From Chrysomallon squamiferum (Eukaryota; Animalia; Mollusca), in the NCBI GenBank assembly GCA_012295275.1, contig CM022676.1:15500001-15564000 (forward strand): a DNA stretch of 64,000 nt, read 5' to 3'. Below, one piece after another: positions 12,763 through 27,431 of the stretch. The notes under the pieces were generated by a model. That model was given only the letters and a program-made list of their open reading frames with translations. It was not told where the DNA came from and made no database searches. The position numbers and the translations under genes are program-made. How positions within the stretch are numbered: position 1 is the first letter of the stretch; the number at the start of each line of letters is the position of its first letter.

Positions 12763-14217
12763 GTAAATGAACGTGATTTCATTTCGTAAATCTTTCTGTT
12801 TATATCCAACATCATAAAACTATGTCTACACGTTTCATTGCATTTCACGTTATTATACATTTTTTATCTGGGAAGATATAAACAGTTATTGAATACATTC
12901 TGAAATATTAATTCAAATGTCAGTTTATGACCTATTTTAAAATATGCAATTTGTAAGAACTGTCAACGCATTGCAGGGCTCTTGTTCTAAATGGGAATTA
13001 TTCTTCATTTAGGTAGAACACATGTGTGAGTAATATTCTAAGATTATAAATATCAGGTGATTTATCTGTCTTCTGTTTCATTAAAATCTTGATTACATAA
13101 ATATTTTTTTTTATATATGTATATTGAACATGCGTTGCTTTATGGCGATGTTTCGAATTAGATTATTATAAATTACAACTGTTATACTTTCAGTAACTCA
13201 CCTCGTATTGATTACTGTAGAAAAAGACAAATAATCGTTTAAAAAACATTTTATCCTAAAAATAATATGTTTTCATTTTATAATGCGAACACCTAAACTT
13301 ATCGAAAATAATATATCTATTGCTTTATCTTTCTTCACTACTTTAGTTTTAGCAATAATCACGTCTTTATAATACACATTATAATTTTATTTTTCTCCAC
13401 ATTTTTTTAGCCATATTACGACTATGATTATGATGGTTATTATTATTATTATTAGTAGTAGTAGTAGTAGTAATAGTAGTATTACTAGTAGTAGTAGTTT
13501 TAGTATTAGTAATGTGAGGAAGACAGATAATCTGGCCATTAGTTAACATAAAACAAGGTTATCTTTGAAAATATATTTTAATACATACTTTTCTTTTAGC
13601 TATACAAATTCATGCATTTTATTACATTACTAATTTCTGTATATCTGTAATGTTTAGATAATCTAGTTTCAATATATGAAATAGAAAAAAATATGCATTA
13701 GTAATTATAATAATAAACACACTGTCTTTAACAGCCGATATATTCTAATAACGGAAGTTGTGTTTGACCATCAGCTGTACATTCTACACGAATTCTTAGA
13801 AGCAGTTAATAAATGTCAAAGTTATATTAATTACCGAATCTAATGCGATAAAAAACAGAGTTTTGAAATTTGTGCACCGCGTGTTTTGCTATTATCTTTC
13901 ACTGCACGGTTTTCACCGCCGTTCGAAGCAAAGTTAAAGATGAAAGTTCGAGTTCTGAGTTGAGGTTAGTGTTCAAGTTATAGTTCGAAGACGAGAAGCC
14001 GGTTATTCAACACGACAGCTGTTCCGTTTGATGACCACAGAGGTTACGAAAAAGATACTGAGACTTTGGCGTTGCTTTGATAATCCTTTCCCAGCGACAT
14101 CTGATCAAATACTTTTCTCCCATATTCCTTTTTTATTTTTATAAACTTTATTTCAATTTAATTGTTCTTCTGTAACTCCATTAGGCAATGGAATCAACGT
14201 CATTAAGGGCGTAGTGT

Positions 14218-14286
<69 letters not shown>

Positions 14287-14541
14287 GCATATATATATAT
14301 ATGTGTGTGTATGTGTGAGTGTATATTTATAGATATATATGTAGATCTATATATACCCATACATACACACGTATTTTATTATCACTACTAGTGACCTTAA
14401 ATTTTCATAGTGTTCCAAACCCTTAAACATGATAACAATAATTATTATTAGTAGTACAACTACTACTACAACTACTACTACTACTACTACTACAACTACT
14501 ACTACTGCTACCACTATTACTACTACTACTATTATTTCCAG

Positions 14542-14717
14542 TTTCGAAGCAAGATTCTATACAGCATCTCAGTTTGGACAAGGCAGTGGACCTATTTGGC
14601 TTGATGGACTTCACTGCAAGGGAGATGAAGAAAGTGTAGACTATTGTTCATTCTCTACTTGGGGTGATAACAACTGTAGTCATAAGCAAGACGTGGGAAT
14701 CAGCTGTTTGAATCGCT
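14542..14717 (+). CDS. Gene A SRCR3 (type C) exon b
   Basis: FEARFYTASQFGQGSGPIWLDGLHCKGDEESVDYCSFSTWGDNNCSHKQDVGISCLNR; donor T|GTAAGT. Confidence 0.88.
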
Positions 14718-14909
14718 GTAAGTAGAGATATAAAGATTAGTAAAATTAATGATAACAAAACATTTAGTGAATAAATTAAAAGTGACCAATCTGGGAGATA
14801 TAACAAGCCAAATCTAAAGAATTAATTTAATCAGGTTGTCATGTCTGTTACTGTAACTGACGTAATTTCCATGTGTAAGTTTGTGATAGTTAATTTCAGA
14901 CTGTTTTGA

Positions 14910-14984
<75 letters not shown>

Positions 14985-15639
14985 AATCACACACACATAA
15001 ACAGGGGTTAGTAGTTACAGCATAATTTCAAACTGCACCTTATACATTTTATATTTCTCTTACGTTGATGGATCATTTATTATTACTATTATTATTACTA
15101 TTATTAATATTAGTACTAGTATTACTTGTGTATTGTTAATATTTGGTACTTAAAGATCCCAATTCAGTATTTGTATTTACTTATGTACTTATCAGAGGAT
15201 CAGGTTATGAGTGAGATCAGATTTTGTTCCAGCACACTAAACATCGTTCAGTCACAACTGTGTCTAAATATGACTTAGTAAAACGTGAATATGATGGTCA
15301 TGAAAACAGAATCGTATGTTGATAACAAAAAAATTAATTATTTCTAAAATGTATTCATAGCTAAATGTTGTATTTATCAACAAGAAACTTTGATAATGAT
15401 ATTACACTAAATCTGCGTTATTATAGTTACTGTAGTATTATTGCTTTCTAAGTTTATGAAAATAACTGGGATGAAATTAACATTAGAGATATTGTTGGAG
15501 TTTACAGAACTTTACTTTTATTACGAAATGATTAAATTTCTTTTCAACAGAATAATATAAGTTAAAGTTATATACTTTTGTTTTCTTCTAAAGAAATAAT
15601 ACTACTCAGTTAACGCATATGAATCTGTTATTATTTCAG

Positions 15640-15784
15640 TACCAGTACGATTAATGAATGGAAGTGGAAAACCAACACAAGGTCGAGTTGAGATTCAAGT
15701 AAACGGGACGTGGGGAACAGTTTGTAGCAGTAGTTTTGACACAACAGATGCTGGTGTTCCCTGTTCAGTGCTGCGATTTAGTCG
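15640..15784 (+). CDS. Gene A SRCR4 (type D) exon a
   Basis: LPVRLMNGSGKPTQGRVEIQVNGTWGTVCSSSFDTTDAGVPCSVLRFSR. Confidence 0.88.
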
Positions 15785-15966
15785 GTAAATAATAAAAATA
15801 TATATATTGTGTTGTATTCCTTTTTTCGAAGTATTGTCTGCAGCTACTATTACTCTTCTGACTACTACTACTGCTAGTCTAACTTTACGACGAGCACCAC
15901 CACCACCTCAAATAGTACAACAGCCAGTACTGCTGCTGCTGCTGCTGCTACCTCTACTACTACTTC

Positions 15967-15997
<31 letters not shown>

Positions 15998-16100
15998 ATA
16001 ACTCATTTTATTATGCCTCGCTCTATAATGTATATTTTAAAATATGTTTGAAGAAATAAATTTGTCATGTTCTCTTTCTTTTCTTTGAATTATATTTCAG

Positions 16101-16267
16101 TGACGGAGCAAAGTTCTTTACTTACTACTTTGGACAAGGTGCTGGTCCAATATGGTTAAGTCATCTTCAGTGTCTTGGAGATGAAGGATCTATTGAGGAG
16201 TGTACTTTTCCTGGTTGGGGAAACAATTACTGTACTCACAGATACGATGTTGGTATACGTTGCCAAG
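16101..16267 (+). CDS. Gene A SRCR4 (type D) exon b
   Basis: DGAKFFTYYFGQGAGPIWLSHLQCLGDEGSIEECTFPGWGNNYCTHRYDVGIRCQ; donor G|GTTCGA. Confidence 0.88.
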
Positions 16268-17161
16268 GTTCGATGCACAGAAACCTAATTTTTGTGTTTT
16301 TTTCTTTTCTTTGTATTAGTATATAAAGGTAACCATATAGAAATTTAAACTCATGATACATCACAAAAAAAGTTTGGAAATATATCAGTGCTGAGTTTTT
16401 CGTGAATACATTAAACAGCCGATTTATTTGTTCAAATATTATTATCTTCAGGCTGTGTTCCATTTGTCTTTAGAAAGGACGTACATTTTTGGAAAATAAT
16501 TTAAGTTAATATTTGTATCAACTATAATTCAGTGCGTAAATCATGAGATGAATTTGATGTTACGTTACCGATATCGGCTCAAAACAAAATTCAGAATACA
16601 ATCCGTTTTTCCATAATTATATCAATTTAAATTTTCTTCTAAACATCTTGTATCGAATTTTTTATTTTTTATTCTCTTTTCTTGTTGTTTTTGTTACTCT
16701 AGTTCTTCTCCTTATTTCTTCTTCTTCTTCTTCTTCTTCTTCTTCTTCTTTATCTTTCTCTTCTTCTGTTAATTGTTAGCACGTCATCACTGATATAAAT
16801 AGCTAAACACAAAGACTGAATAAACAGTATTAACATAGAACAACATATTTTAAAGTCTCTTTATCACTGAGTAATATATATGTACACACACACATACATA
16901 CATACATACAGACTTATACATGTGTATGTATACACATGCATAGATGAAAGAAACAAAAATAAAATAAAAAAATCAATGTATTTAAGACAACCTAGTGGCG
17001 AGTTGAACTATAACTGAATTTTTATTTTAAGTTTGAACAAAAATGATTCATCAAAATATGATAGGCAAAAGTGATATGGAAAAGTGTCTGGCAAATATAT
17101 GGACTAATTTTCGCTATTTTGTGAACACTAAAATGCAATGTTATATCCTTTTTTTTTTCAG

Positions 17162-17306
17162 TGTCTATCAGACTAGTCAATGGTGGAGGTATTTCAATAC
17201 ATGGTCGAGTTGAGATCAAACTTAACGATACATGGGGAACTGTCTGTGGTGACAAATTTGACGACAAAGACGCAGGCTTTATCTGTACACTTTTAGGATT
17301 CAGTCA
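17162..17306 (+). CDS. Gene A SRCR5 (type B) exon a
   Basis: VSIRLVNGGGISIHGRVEIKLNDTWGTVCGDKFDDKDAGFICTLLGFSQ. Confidence 0.88.
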
Positions 17307-17508
17307 GTAATAATGTTTTACTTTCAGTTAAACTGTTTAATTTATAAACAATGATCAAATATGGGTATATTGTCATTTTCACCATACAAAGTCAATTAAA
17401 CTTGGAAATTAAGACTTGTGCTTGAAGTTAGCAGGTAGTACATTTTGATTAGTATTTATTCTAATGAATTTCAATCTGACAAATCTATTTGTGTTTTATA
17501 TATCCTAG

Positions 17509-17548
17509 ATTCAACGCAGAGGCCTATAAGAATGCTCACATTTTTGGA
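17509..17548 (+). pseudogene. Gene A SRCR5 (type B) exon b, 3' ~135 nt deleted
   Basis: tcctag|attcaacgcagaggcctataagaatgctcac (FNAEAYKNAH), then jumps into sequence resembling the downstream intron of paralogous B exons. Confidence 0.8.
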
Positions 17549-17830
17549 TTGATTAAAGTAAAATTTATTCTTTCTATGAATGAATTTCAAAGTTTTCTTT
17601 AACTAAGAAAATTACATGTTTTATAGAATAATGCCCGTCAACATTGTGCACTCTCTGTTTTTGTATTTCTGTCAGTAGGTTTCTCTGTATATTTGTGTGT
17701 ATATATAAATTTATATATCCACATATTTATTACCTGTGCATATATGTCAGCTGTGGACTTCAGGGCAATTTTTTATTATTATGAAGGCTTCAGATGAAAA
17801 TGGAATGTTCACATTGCTGATACCTTCAAA

Positions 17831-17957
<127 letters not shown>

Positions 17958-18089
17958 GTCTATGACCGAAGAAGAAAAAAATGGCTGCTGCGACTATTCT
18001 GACATTGTGACAGCGATCTGGCGATGTTTGTGGAGAAAGTGAGATATACCTGCTCGTGCTGTCGCAGAAACCAAATGCACTGAAATCAA

Positions 18090-19174
18090 ATTTTCTTACA
18101 CTGAATCAACATTATCGAAAAATAAAAGGAATAATTTATCCTGTTATAATGGGTCGCAGTCCGGGCTTAGCGGTAAACCTATGTTATGAAGCAATGTGAG
18201 AGTTTAACGCCAGACAAAGCTTTCTCAACGTCGTTCATGACAGTATCATATCACGACTCCGACAAGGTGTAAACATAACTGGGCAAGTGCGAGATCGATC
18301 CACGTTCTGGTAGACCGCGATTAACTATTCCAAGGGAATGTAGGTCACCGGTCCGAAAGTGCTCCACGTTTAGCCCGTACTGTGCAGGATATCGGCTAGA
18401 ATGCACCAACATTGGCGACATAGATAATGAGATCAGACATCATGCACTGACGAATTCAGGTTTTGTGTTCAGTTTGTGGATGGTAGGCGACGGAGGGAGA
18501 ATACGTTGGAGAAAACTTCATTCAGCCTGACCGAGATGGCTGCGGCAGCAGCATGGACTGGGTCTGCTTTCACAGTGGAAGTAAAGCAGATCCCGTTTTC
18601 ATTCACGGAAACACGACTGTTCAACGTTACTGCGAAGAGATCATTACACCAGTGGCCATTCCATTACTGCAGCACCATCCTGGCTTTCTGTTTCAACATG
18701 ACAACGCACGGCTAAACACAAATCTTCTTGAGGTAAACCACATCCAAGTTTTGAACTGGCAACCAAGGTCACCTCACTCGTCTCCAATTGACTGGGCCGT
18801 AGGGTACGTGAAAACCATCCTCATATCCTTATTGTCCATATCCTGCAAATTACTCTGAACAGCGAATGGAACGCAATTACTGCTCCTGTGATTAAAGCTC
18901 TCATCAGAAGAATGAGTCAACGATGTACTGCTCTCATCAACGCTGATGTTGTACAAACACATTACTGAGTCTCTCTCACCATTTTGGTAGGTGTTCTGTT
19001 CCGTTTCATCTGCTGACATTCAACTAACGACGATTACACCGTAACAACTACGTGTTACTGCTGGCTACATTCATAAATGCTGCATGAATGAAATAACGTG
19101 TACAAATAAATTGAGCCTGCAATTAGGTTGTCTGTATTTCATATATTGCACATAACTGCTAAATTTAGCACAGT
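18090..19174 (+). mobile_element. Degenerate Tc1/mariner (Tc1-like) DNA transposon
   Basis: TGQVRDR..SGRPRLT (HTH/AT-hook), TDEFRF..DGRR, VFIHGNTTVQRYCEEII.PV..P...FLFQHDNAR...IQVLNW..RSP..SPI, IKALIRRMSQRCTALINA; candidate 3' end ...gcacagta|ta; many frameshifts; boundaries approximate. Confidence 0.85.
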
Positions 19175-19289
19175 ATATATATATATATATATATAGATAG
19201 ATAGATAGATGCAGAGATACATAAAGATATGTATGTACCCATATACAAAAACGCTTTTCTAAGAAATTGGATAGAGTAAAGTGTATTAA

Positions 19290-20394
19290 TTGTAAGAATT
19301 ACGGTACTAACTGGTCTTGAAGGGACAACGTGTAGTAATCCCAGACAAACTGGGTCCTCAGATACTTATTATCATCCATCAAGGACATCTTGGGTCTGAG
19401 AAATGCAAGCTTAAGGCTAAAATTGCTTGTTCTGGCCTGGCATCTCAAAAGCCATTAAAGAGATGACTCTCTCATGTAAAACATACATACAGTTCTCGAA
19501 ACAGCAACACAGGAAAACCTTGCTTGCACATAACGTGCCAAGGTACGCATAACAAAAGGTAGCCTCTGATATGTTTGACTTGAAAGGAGCATACTACCAA
19601 ATCATAGCTGCTTACTATGGCAAATTCCCAGTAGTCCGAAGACTACAAACTACTTCATCAACATATATCATAGAACAGTAAAAATGCATATTTACAGAAA
19701 ATGGAATACCAGAAACCTTGGTGTAGGATAATGGGATACAGTAGAGCAGTCGTGAGTTCGCTTCATTCTGTGAGTCATGGGGAAATCAGTCATGTGACGA
19801 GCTCACCCCTGTACCCGCAAAACAATGGATTCATCGAAAGAATGGTACAGACTGTAAAAAAAAGTTACATAAGAAATCTCAAAATTTCGGATAAGATCAA
19901 TACCTGGCCTTGTTGGCTTAGCGAACTACTCCGATCGACAACAAATTATCAGAACCAGCCAACCTGCTCAACAACAGAGACTATCGAACTCAGCTACCAT
20001 CAAGTGGCGGTCTACAAACCCTCCAGTCAGATGATTCAAATGTTGAACTGCTTCAACATCGCCAAAATTGAGTGAACTTTCTTCAAGACATGTTGATATG
20101 TATCATCTGACATTAAAACACGTGGTTTCCAGCTTAAATAAAAAGTGTCTCGGATAAACACAGATCATACATTGTCAATGTGGAATATTGTTGGAACCGT
20201 TTATATCTTAAGCCGCGGAAGCTCAACCACCTGGTGGCGAAACTCTACAAGCCGACAACAAACACAACTGCCTGACATGTAAACAGCTCATGGAGAAACA
20301 CTCGCTTCATGGGTGTCACATATCTTTTGAACCACGAACATGTGCTAGTAGAAGTGGTCGTGTTGTGAAGTCGCCTCAAATATTAGACTTATAG
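19290..20394 (+). mobile_element. Ty3/Gypsy LTR retrotransposon pol fragment (Zn-finger + integrase, K02A2.6-like)
   Basis: LKGQRVVIP..IHQGHLG.EKCK...FWPGI..KVASDMFD..GIPETLV*DNG..HVTSSPLYPQNNGFIERMVQTVKK...SRSGRVVKSPQILDL*; stops and frameshifts; no LTRs recognised. Confidence 0.9.
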
Positions 20395-20662
20395 TGGCCA
20401 AACAACATTATTAAAAAGCTGTATAATCTACTCACATAAGTAGCCTATAATAATGTGTCAAAGCAAGGACAAAACAGTGACCAAATAATTCATATTAATA
20501 TCAGAATTGACAGTATAAGAACGTATCCAAGAAACTTGAGAAACTAATGTTTTATTTTATTATTTTGAACTTTAATTTCTTAAAGAGCCTTATATATTAA
20601 TATAAGCTAATAGTTATACAATTGTCACAATGTTTAGAAGTAAGAATATTAATTAAGAGTAG

Positions 20663-20707
<45 letters not shown>

Positions 20708-20894
20708 TATAAATTTTTTGTGAACAGACTAAAAGTGTACAGTCTAGTAGATGTACTAAAATATGTATGCGTGTACATACATACATACATACATATATAT
20801 ACATACATACATATATACATACATGCAAACATACATACATACAAACATAAACATACATATTCACTGATCAAATATAAACCTGTTTCTATTTCAG

Positions 20895-21039
20895 TACCAG
20901 TACGGTTAGTAAATGGAAGAGGAAAACCAACACAAGGTCGAGTTGAGATTCGAGTAAACGGGACGTGGGGAACAATTTGTACAAATAGTTTTGACACAAG
21001 AGATGCTGGTGTTCTCTGTTCAGTGATGGGGTTTAGTCG
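20895..21039 (+). CDS. Gene A SRCR6 (type D) exon a
   Basis: PVRLVNGRGKPTQGRVEIRVNGTWGTICTNSFDTRDAGVLCSVMGFSR. Confidence 0.88.
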
Positions 21040-21317
21040 GTAAAAATAAATGTTTTGTGTTATATTCCTTTTTCCAACGTATTTTTACTGCCATTATTAC
21101 TGTAATAACACAACTACAGTGAGCACCATACATTATTTTGGTTTGGTGATTATTATGAAATCATTTTCTCTCCTCCTTCTGCTCATATCAGATAGAAAAA
21201 AAAAAAAAAAAAAACCGGAGATACTGACGCTCTCAAGGGCAGGATACATAGTTCTTGAATAAATAAATGATCAGCTATATATCATGTTATTTTTCTTTTC
21301 TTCGAACAACATTTTAG

Positions 21318-21493
21318 TGACGGAGTAAAGATCTTTAGTGGCAGTTCATCATACTTTGGACAAGGTTCTGGCCCAGTATGGTTAAGTTATCTTCAGTGTG
21401 AAGGAAATGAAGGATCCATTGAAAAATGTAATTTTCCTGGTTGGAGAAACAATTACTGCAGTCACAGTTACGATGTTGGTATACGCTGTGAAG
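21318..21493 (+). CDS. Gene A SRCR6 (type D) exon b
   Basis: DGVKIFSGSSSYFGQGSGPVWLSYLQCEGNEGSIEKCNFPGWRNNYCSHSYDVGIRCE. Confidence 0.88.
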
Positions 21494-22113
21494 GTTCGTT
21501 TCGTAGAAATCTCATTTTTGTTTTCTTTGTATAGGTATAAAGCTTTTGAATAAGGTAATATATTATCGAAACGTATTAGAAATATATAAATGTTTAGCTA
21601 AAAATAAATAGTAAACAGCCATTTTTTGTGTTCTACAATGTAATGTTCAGCGCATTTTTATGTTGGTTTTGAATGTAATTTGTGATGACGCTATCTCTTC
21701 AGTATAAACATAAACAAAAGTATTTTACTTCCTTATTGATAGTCTTTTCAATTTATTTTTTCTCTAAACATCTTGAATCATTTGTTTCTTTTGTATCTGC
21801 TTTGTTTTTGGTTCCTGTTCGTTTTCATTGCTATTGTTCTTTATTATTATTATTATTAACTGCCCGTCAAAATAGCGCTGCCTAAGAAACAAAGAAAAAC
21901 AAATCATTTGTTTTTAATTTTTTTTAAAGAAGAAACCAGACAAATAATTCAAGCTGATCATTTATTGTTATAACTTTTATTTTTATTTTGAAATAAATCA
22001 CTATTGACATCCGTCAGTAAAACATAATATAGAACAAATGCTCTGAAGTATTTAGCTAATAATGTCCGCCATTTTGTTATCAGTGGAATGCAATATTTTA
22101 TACTTAATTTTAG

Positions 22114-22258
22114 GTTCTATCAGACTAGTCAATGGTGGAGGTATTCCAAAACAGGGTCGAGTTGAGATCAAACTTAACGATACATGGGGAACTGTCTGCG
22201 GTGACAAATTTGACGACAAAGACACAGGCTTTATCTGTACACTTTTAGGATTCAGTCA
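22114..22258 (+). CDS. Gene A SRCR7 (type B) exon a
   Basis: GSIRLVNGGGIPKQGRVEIKLNDTWGTVCGDKFDDKDTGFICTLLGFSQ. Confidence 0.88.
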
Positions 22259-22456
22259 GTAAGAATGTTTTATCTTTAGTTAAACTGATTAATTCATAAA
22301 CAATGATAAAACATGAGTACGTTTATATTTCCGCCATACAAAGTAAATTATAATTTGAAATTAAGATTTGTTTGTGAAAGTACCCCGTAGTAGAGTTTGA
22401 CCTATATTTCTATTAATCAAGATCAGACAATTTAATTCGTATTCTGTAAATCCTAG

Positions 22457-22632
22457 ATTTAACGCAAAGACGTATAAGAATGCTCACTTTGGAGAAGGAA
22501 CAGGACCAGTGTGGGTTGATGATGTTAACTGTGTTGAAGATGAAAATGGAGTGAATCACTGTTCTTTCTGTGACTGGGGTAAAAAAAATTGTAATCATAA
22601 ACAAGATTTGGCAGTCAGCTGTATACCACAGG
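22457..22632 (+). CDS. Gene A SRCR7 (type B) exon b
   Basis: FNAKTYKNAHFGEGTGPVWVDDVNCVEDENGVNHCSFCDWGKKNCNHKQDLAVSCIPQ. Confidence 0.88.
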
Positions 22633-22784
22633 GTATGTTATTTTTGTTAGCCGTTTTTAAAAGAGCTTGCATTATTTTAAAGTTACTTTAATTAAAGCCC
22701 ATATATTGAATAATGCCACTTAACCTTGTTATCTTTAATTAAAGCCCTTTCATACTTTTCTCTTGAATAATGCCACTTAACCTT

Positions 22785-22904
<120 letters not shown>

Positions 22905-23410
22905 TGTATGTGTGTGTATGTGTGTGTATGTAAATGTCCATAGACTTAGACTGAGGATCGCTCTCGCAACGAATCCTGTTTTGTGACGACATAATTAGTG
23001 GTTTCTTCAATTATTTATAACATAGATACTGGAAAAAAAACTATTTCCATGGCTTCTGGCAATTAGAAATAAATTCCGATTTTTGTAAAATATATTGCTA
23101 TTTATAAATATCGATGTGATAGGACTGATGTTTATTTATCAGTGACTATTTAGCACATTATATCGGGTGTGCTATTAATCTAAAACATCTCTAATAACAA
23201 AATTAGTTAAACACATAAACAGGTAAATATATATATTTAGACACGCACACGCACATGCACGCAGATATATATACAGATATTGAGATAGTGATAGATGTAC
23301 CAAAGTATGTATGTATGTGGAGAAAGGTCTTGTGACATCTTGGATAGTGAATATTTTTTCATCAGGATATTTATGAACTACATTTTAATTATTTCGTGAA
23401 CTGATTTCAG

Positions 23411-23555
23411 TTTCTGTTCGACTTGTCAGTGGAGGAGGAATTGCAACACAAGGCAGACTTGAAATAAAAAACAACGGGACATGGGGAACTGTCTGTGATA
23501 ATGAATTTGACGACAGAGATGCTGCTGTCATCTGTAACATGATGGGTTTTAGTAG
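23411..23555 (+). CDS. Gene A SRCR8 (type C) exon a
   Basis: VSVRLVSGGGIATQGRLEIKNNGTWGTVCDNEFDDRDAAVICNMMGFS. Confidence 0.88.
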
Positions 23556-24597
23556 GTAATTAAGCGTGATTTCACATCGTAAATCTTCCAAGTGATATCT
23601 AACAATATACCAAACTAAATTACATTTTATATTATGATAGATGTTTATATCTGTAGGAAGATGTTCTCAGTTATTTAAAATTCTGAAATCTTAATTTAAA
23701 TCTCAAATTATTACCAATAATTTTGTAATTTCTGAGAAGTATCAACAGATTAAAGTGTTGTGTTTGTAAACTGTAATTATCATGAAGTTTTTAATAGTAT
23801 GAGTACTATTCTAACATTATAAATAGGTAAGACTATTAATCTGCCTTCTCGTTTTAAAAAGCATATTACTGAAATAGTTTTATTATTCGAAATATAAAGC
23901 AAACTACATGTCATGACGTGATATGGCGAACTGGATTTCATTTCGTAATTGTTTATATATATTTATTTAGAGAAATAGCAAACCATTTCTACAAGATTCG
24001 GTTTACGTCATTTTCAAATAGAAAATATTAGCATGTACATAAAATTATGAAATCTTTATTCATATCCGAAACTACTACGTATTCTAATTTCGTAATTTAT
24101 GAAAACTTTCAACTGATTTCTACGTTGTAGTTCTCGACACGAACTTTAGGTAGGAAATTAAAAATTCTAAACTTTATCTGTTCGTTCTATTATCTACATT
24201 TCTCAAATATGTTTATAATTCTAAAGATAAACCAAATTATCAGACATGACGTCATTGTTTTATGGTTATGTGGCGAACTGGATTGTTAAAAAGTACAACT
24301 TGCTATAAAATACTTTTTTGATGTAAAAACATATCATACAATTTACATCGTATGATTATTCTACAATAAGAAAAATAATCGTTAACAAAAAAATAATAAT
24401 AATTATAATAATAATTATCTCCTAAGATATAATGTGCGTTGATTGTTTATAAAGAACATCTAAAATATATAGAATATGATCCTTCTATAAACTATTGCTT
24501 TCGTTTTTTCATTAGTTTATTCTGATCAAAAGTGATTTACTTAATAAAATCACGAATGCACATTATAATTCTACTATAGCCCATTATTATTATTATA

Positions 24598-24639
<42 letters not shown>

Positions 24640-25258
24640 GTGAGCAAGACAGATAATCTCGTATTTGTTTAAAACAAATCTCGACTAAGAAGCTAATTCA
24701 TTAGATACATTTCTTTTTCGGACACAAACTAAATACATTTTATTACAGTAGTAATTTGTATGTGTATAGTCTTGAGATTATCTAGTATCTGTACAGTAAA
24801 CAGATAGAGTAATATGAGTAATTATAATGATGAAAAAACTTTCTTTAAATGCCGTTATATATTAATAATTAAAATTGTCTTTCACCATCCGTAATATTCT
24901 TTTTCCGGAAACTATTCGATGACGGACTTATAAAGACAGATTTAAAATGTTTATGTTGTATTACCCGCCAACATACGACAACATAACAAAGCTATGGAAT
25001 TTGTCCAACAGCCTGACTTTTTTCTTTTCATTCAGATATAGCTAGTTTCCTATGAGAAAGTACACAGCTTTGAAAAAATTCCACTAGCGTGCCTTCGCAC
25101 ACGTATACACATACATACACACACACAGTCAAACACAAACATACACTACTTTAGACCATATAAAACTGACCAATCCATATCACATTATTCTAAACCCCTA
25201 GACTTAATAACGAGCACATTTAAGTTACATTGACAGCTATTATTAACATTATTTTCAG

Positions 25259-25434
25259 TTTCGGAGCAAAATCCTATACAACATCTCAATTTGGACAAGG
25301 CAGTGGACCTATTTGGCTTGATGGACTTGACTGTAAGGGCGATGAAGAAAGTGTAGACTATTGTTCATACTCTACTTGGGGTGACAACAACTGTAGTCAT
25401 AATCAAGACGTGGGAATTAGCTGTTTGAATCACT
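25259..25434 (+). CDS. Gene A SRCR8 (type C) exon b
   Basis: FGAKSYTTSQFGQGSGPIWLDGLDCKGDEESVDYCSYSTWGDNNCSHNQDVGISCLNH. Confidence 0.88.
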
Positions 25435-25619
25435 GTAAGTAGAGAGATATAGAATTAGTCAAATTAATGATAAGAAAACATTTATTGAACAGACTAAAAG
25501 TGAGCAATCTAGGAGATGTAACCAAAATAATCTGAAAAATTATGTTAATAATGTTATTGTAATTGGTGTATTTTCTATGTGTGACGTCGTCTTGGTTCAC
25601 ATCAAAATGGAGCATTATA

Positions 25620-25659
<40 letters not shown>

Positions 25660-26350
25660 CTGTTCAATAATTACACAGCGGGTGATAGTTTAAGGACAAA
25701 GTGAAAACGTAGTCCCGATTTTAAACTGCTCCTTAAGCATTTTTTATTAGCAGTGGTATAAAACTATATATTATTAGGTGTTGTTTGATTCTTCGGGGAT
25801 ATTTTGTTTATTTTATTGTTGTTGTTGTTTGTTTCTTTTTTTGTTTTTTTGTTTTTTGTTTTTGTTTTTTTTTGTTGTTGTTTTTTTTCTGGTGGAGGTA
25901 TGTTTAAAACTAATCCTTTTTATATAAAGCTCCCCACTGATTTTGTTTTTCTTTTTGTGTGTATGCCATTACTATTTACTAAAACATCGGCCAATGGGTG
26001 ATATCAGATTTTGTCAAAACCCGCTACATATCGTAGGCCACTTCGTCCATCCTTCTGTTCTGGTCACAAACTCACTTATGAGAAACAAACTAAAACAGAG
26101 CAGACAGATAGAAGATAGAAGACTGTCATGTAGAAAGAATCTTATGTTGATCAAAATGTTTTAATTATTTCTGAAATGTATACATTTCTGAACATTCAAT
26201 TATTCTGTTTGAAATAATGATTTTACATCGAATAACTTTCTTTACCAAAGACCATTAATTGATGTGTTTATTATACCTTTTTCTAACAAAAATTCCAAGC
26301 ATATTAGGCTATTCTAACTCAGTGATCCCATGAAACTATTATTGTTTCAG

Positions 26351-26495
26351 TACCAGTACGTTTAGTGAACGGAAGAGGAAAACCAACACAAGGTCGAGTT
26401 GAGATTCAAGTAAACGGGACGTGGGGAACAATTTGTGATGATTATTTTGATGAGAAAGATGCTTCTGTGTTATGCCACATGTTAGGATTTAGTCG
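26351..26495 (+). CDS. Gene A SRCR9 (type A) exon a
   Basis: LPVRLVNGRGKPTQGRVEIQVNGTWGTICDDYFDEKDASVLCHMLGFSR. Confidence 0.88.
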
Positions 26496-26698
26496 GTAAT
26501 TGTTTTATATATTTATTTATTTACTTATTTTTTGAATGAAAACATTTGATATGGATGCAGTTCATCTGATTCTGCTGACAAGCAGAGGGTAAGATAATGT
26601 GTGTGAGCTTGTTTTCGACGAGACTGCTAATGATAATAATAATAACTTTAGTAGTAGTAGTAGTAGTAATAGTAGTAGTAGTAATAATGATAGTGGTA

Positions 26699-26740
<42 letters not shown>

Positions 26741-26820
26741 CAATAATAACTATAACAGTAGTAGTAGTAGTAATAGTAGTAGTAGTAATAGTGATAGTGG
26801 TAGTAGTAATAATAATAATA

Positions 26821-26872
<52 letters not shown>

Positions 26873-27021
26873 GAATAAGAATAATAATAAAAAGAAGAAG
26901 AAGAAGAAGAAGAAGAAGAAGACTGAACGAAAACATTGTATATAGCTCTAATTTAGTTGATTTTGCGGACAACCAGAGTGACCAAAGATAATGTATCTGA
27001 GCTTGTTTTCGACGGGATTGC

Positions 27022-27071
<50 letters not shown>

Positions 27072-27431
27072 CAATAATAACAGTAGCAGTCGTAGTGGTA
27101 GTAGTAGTAAATAGTAGTAGTAGTAGTAATAATAATAATAAGAAGAATATGAAGAATAAGAAGAAGAAGAAGAAAGAAAAAAGAGTGGAAGAAGAACAAT
27201 AATAACACAAAAAAGCAACAATAATTTGTGACAATGATGACGATGAGGATTATGAAAGAAGTAATTAGGGATGTTTACACTATCGTATCAAACATGATTG
27301 TATTAAACATTGTTGAAATCACTTAGAAAGTAAGGATTTTCTTCTGAAAACTTTAGGACTAAAAGGAGATCTGTTGAAGATATTTTGTAAAGCTTGTTGT
27401 ATAATATTCAATGTTACTGATTTTATTTAAA

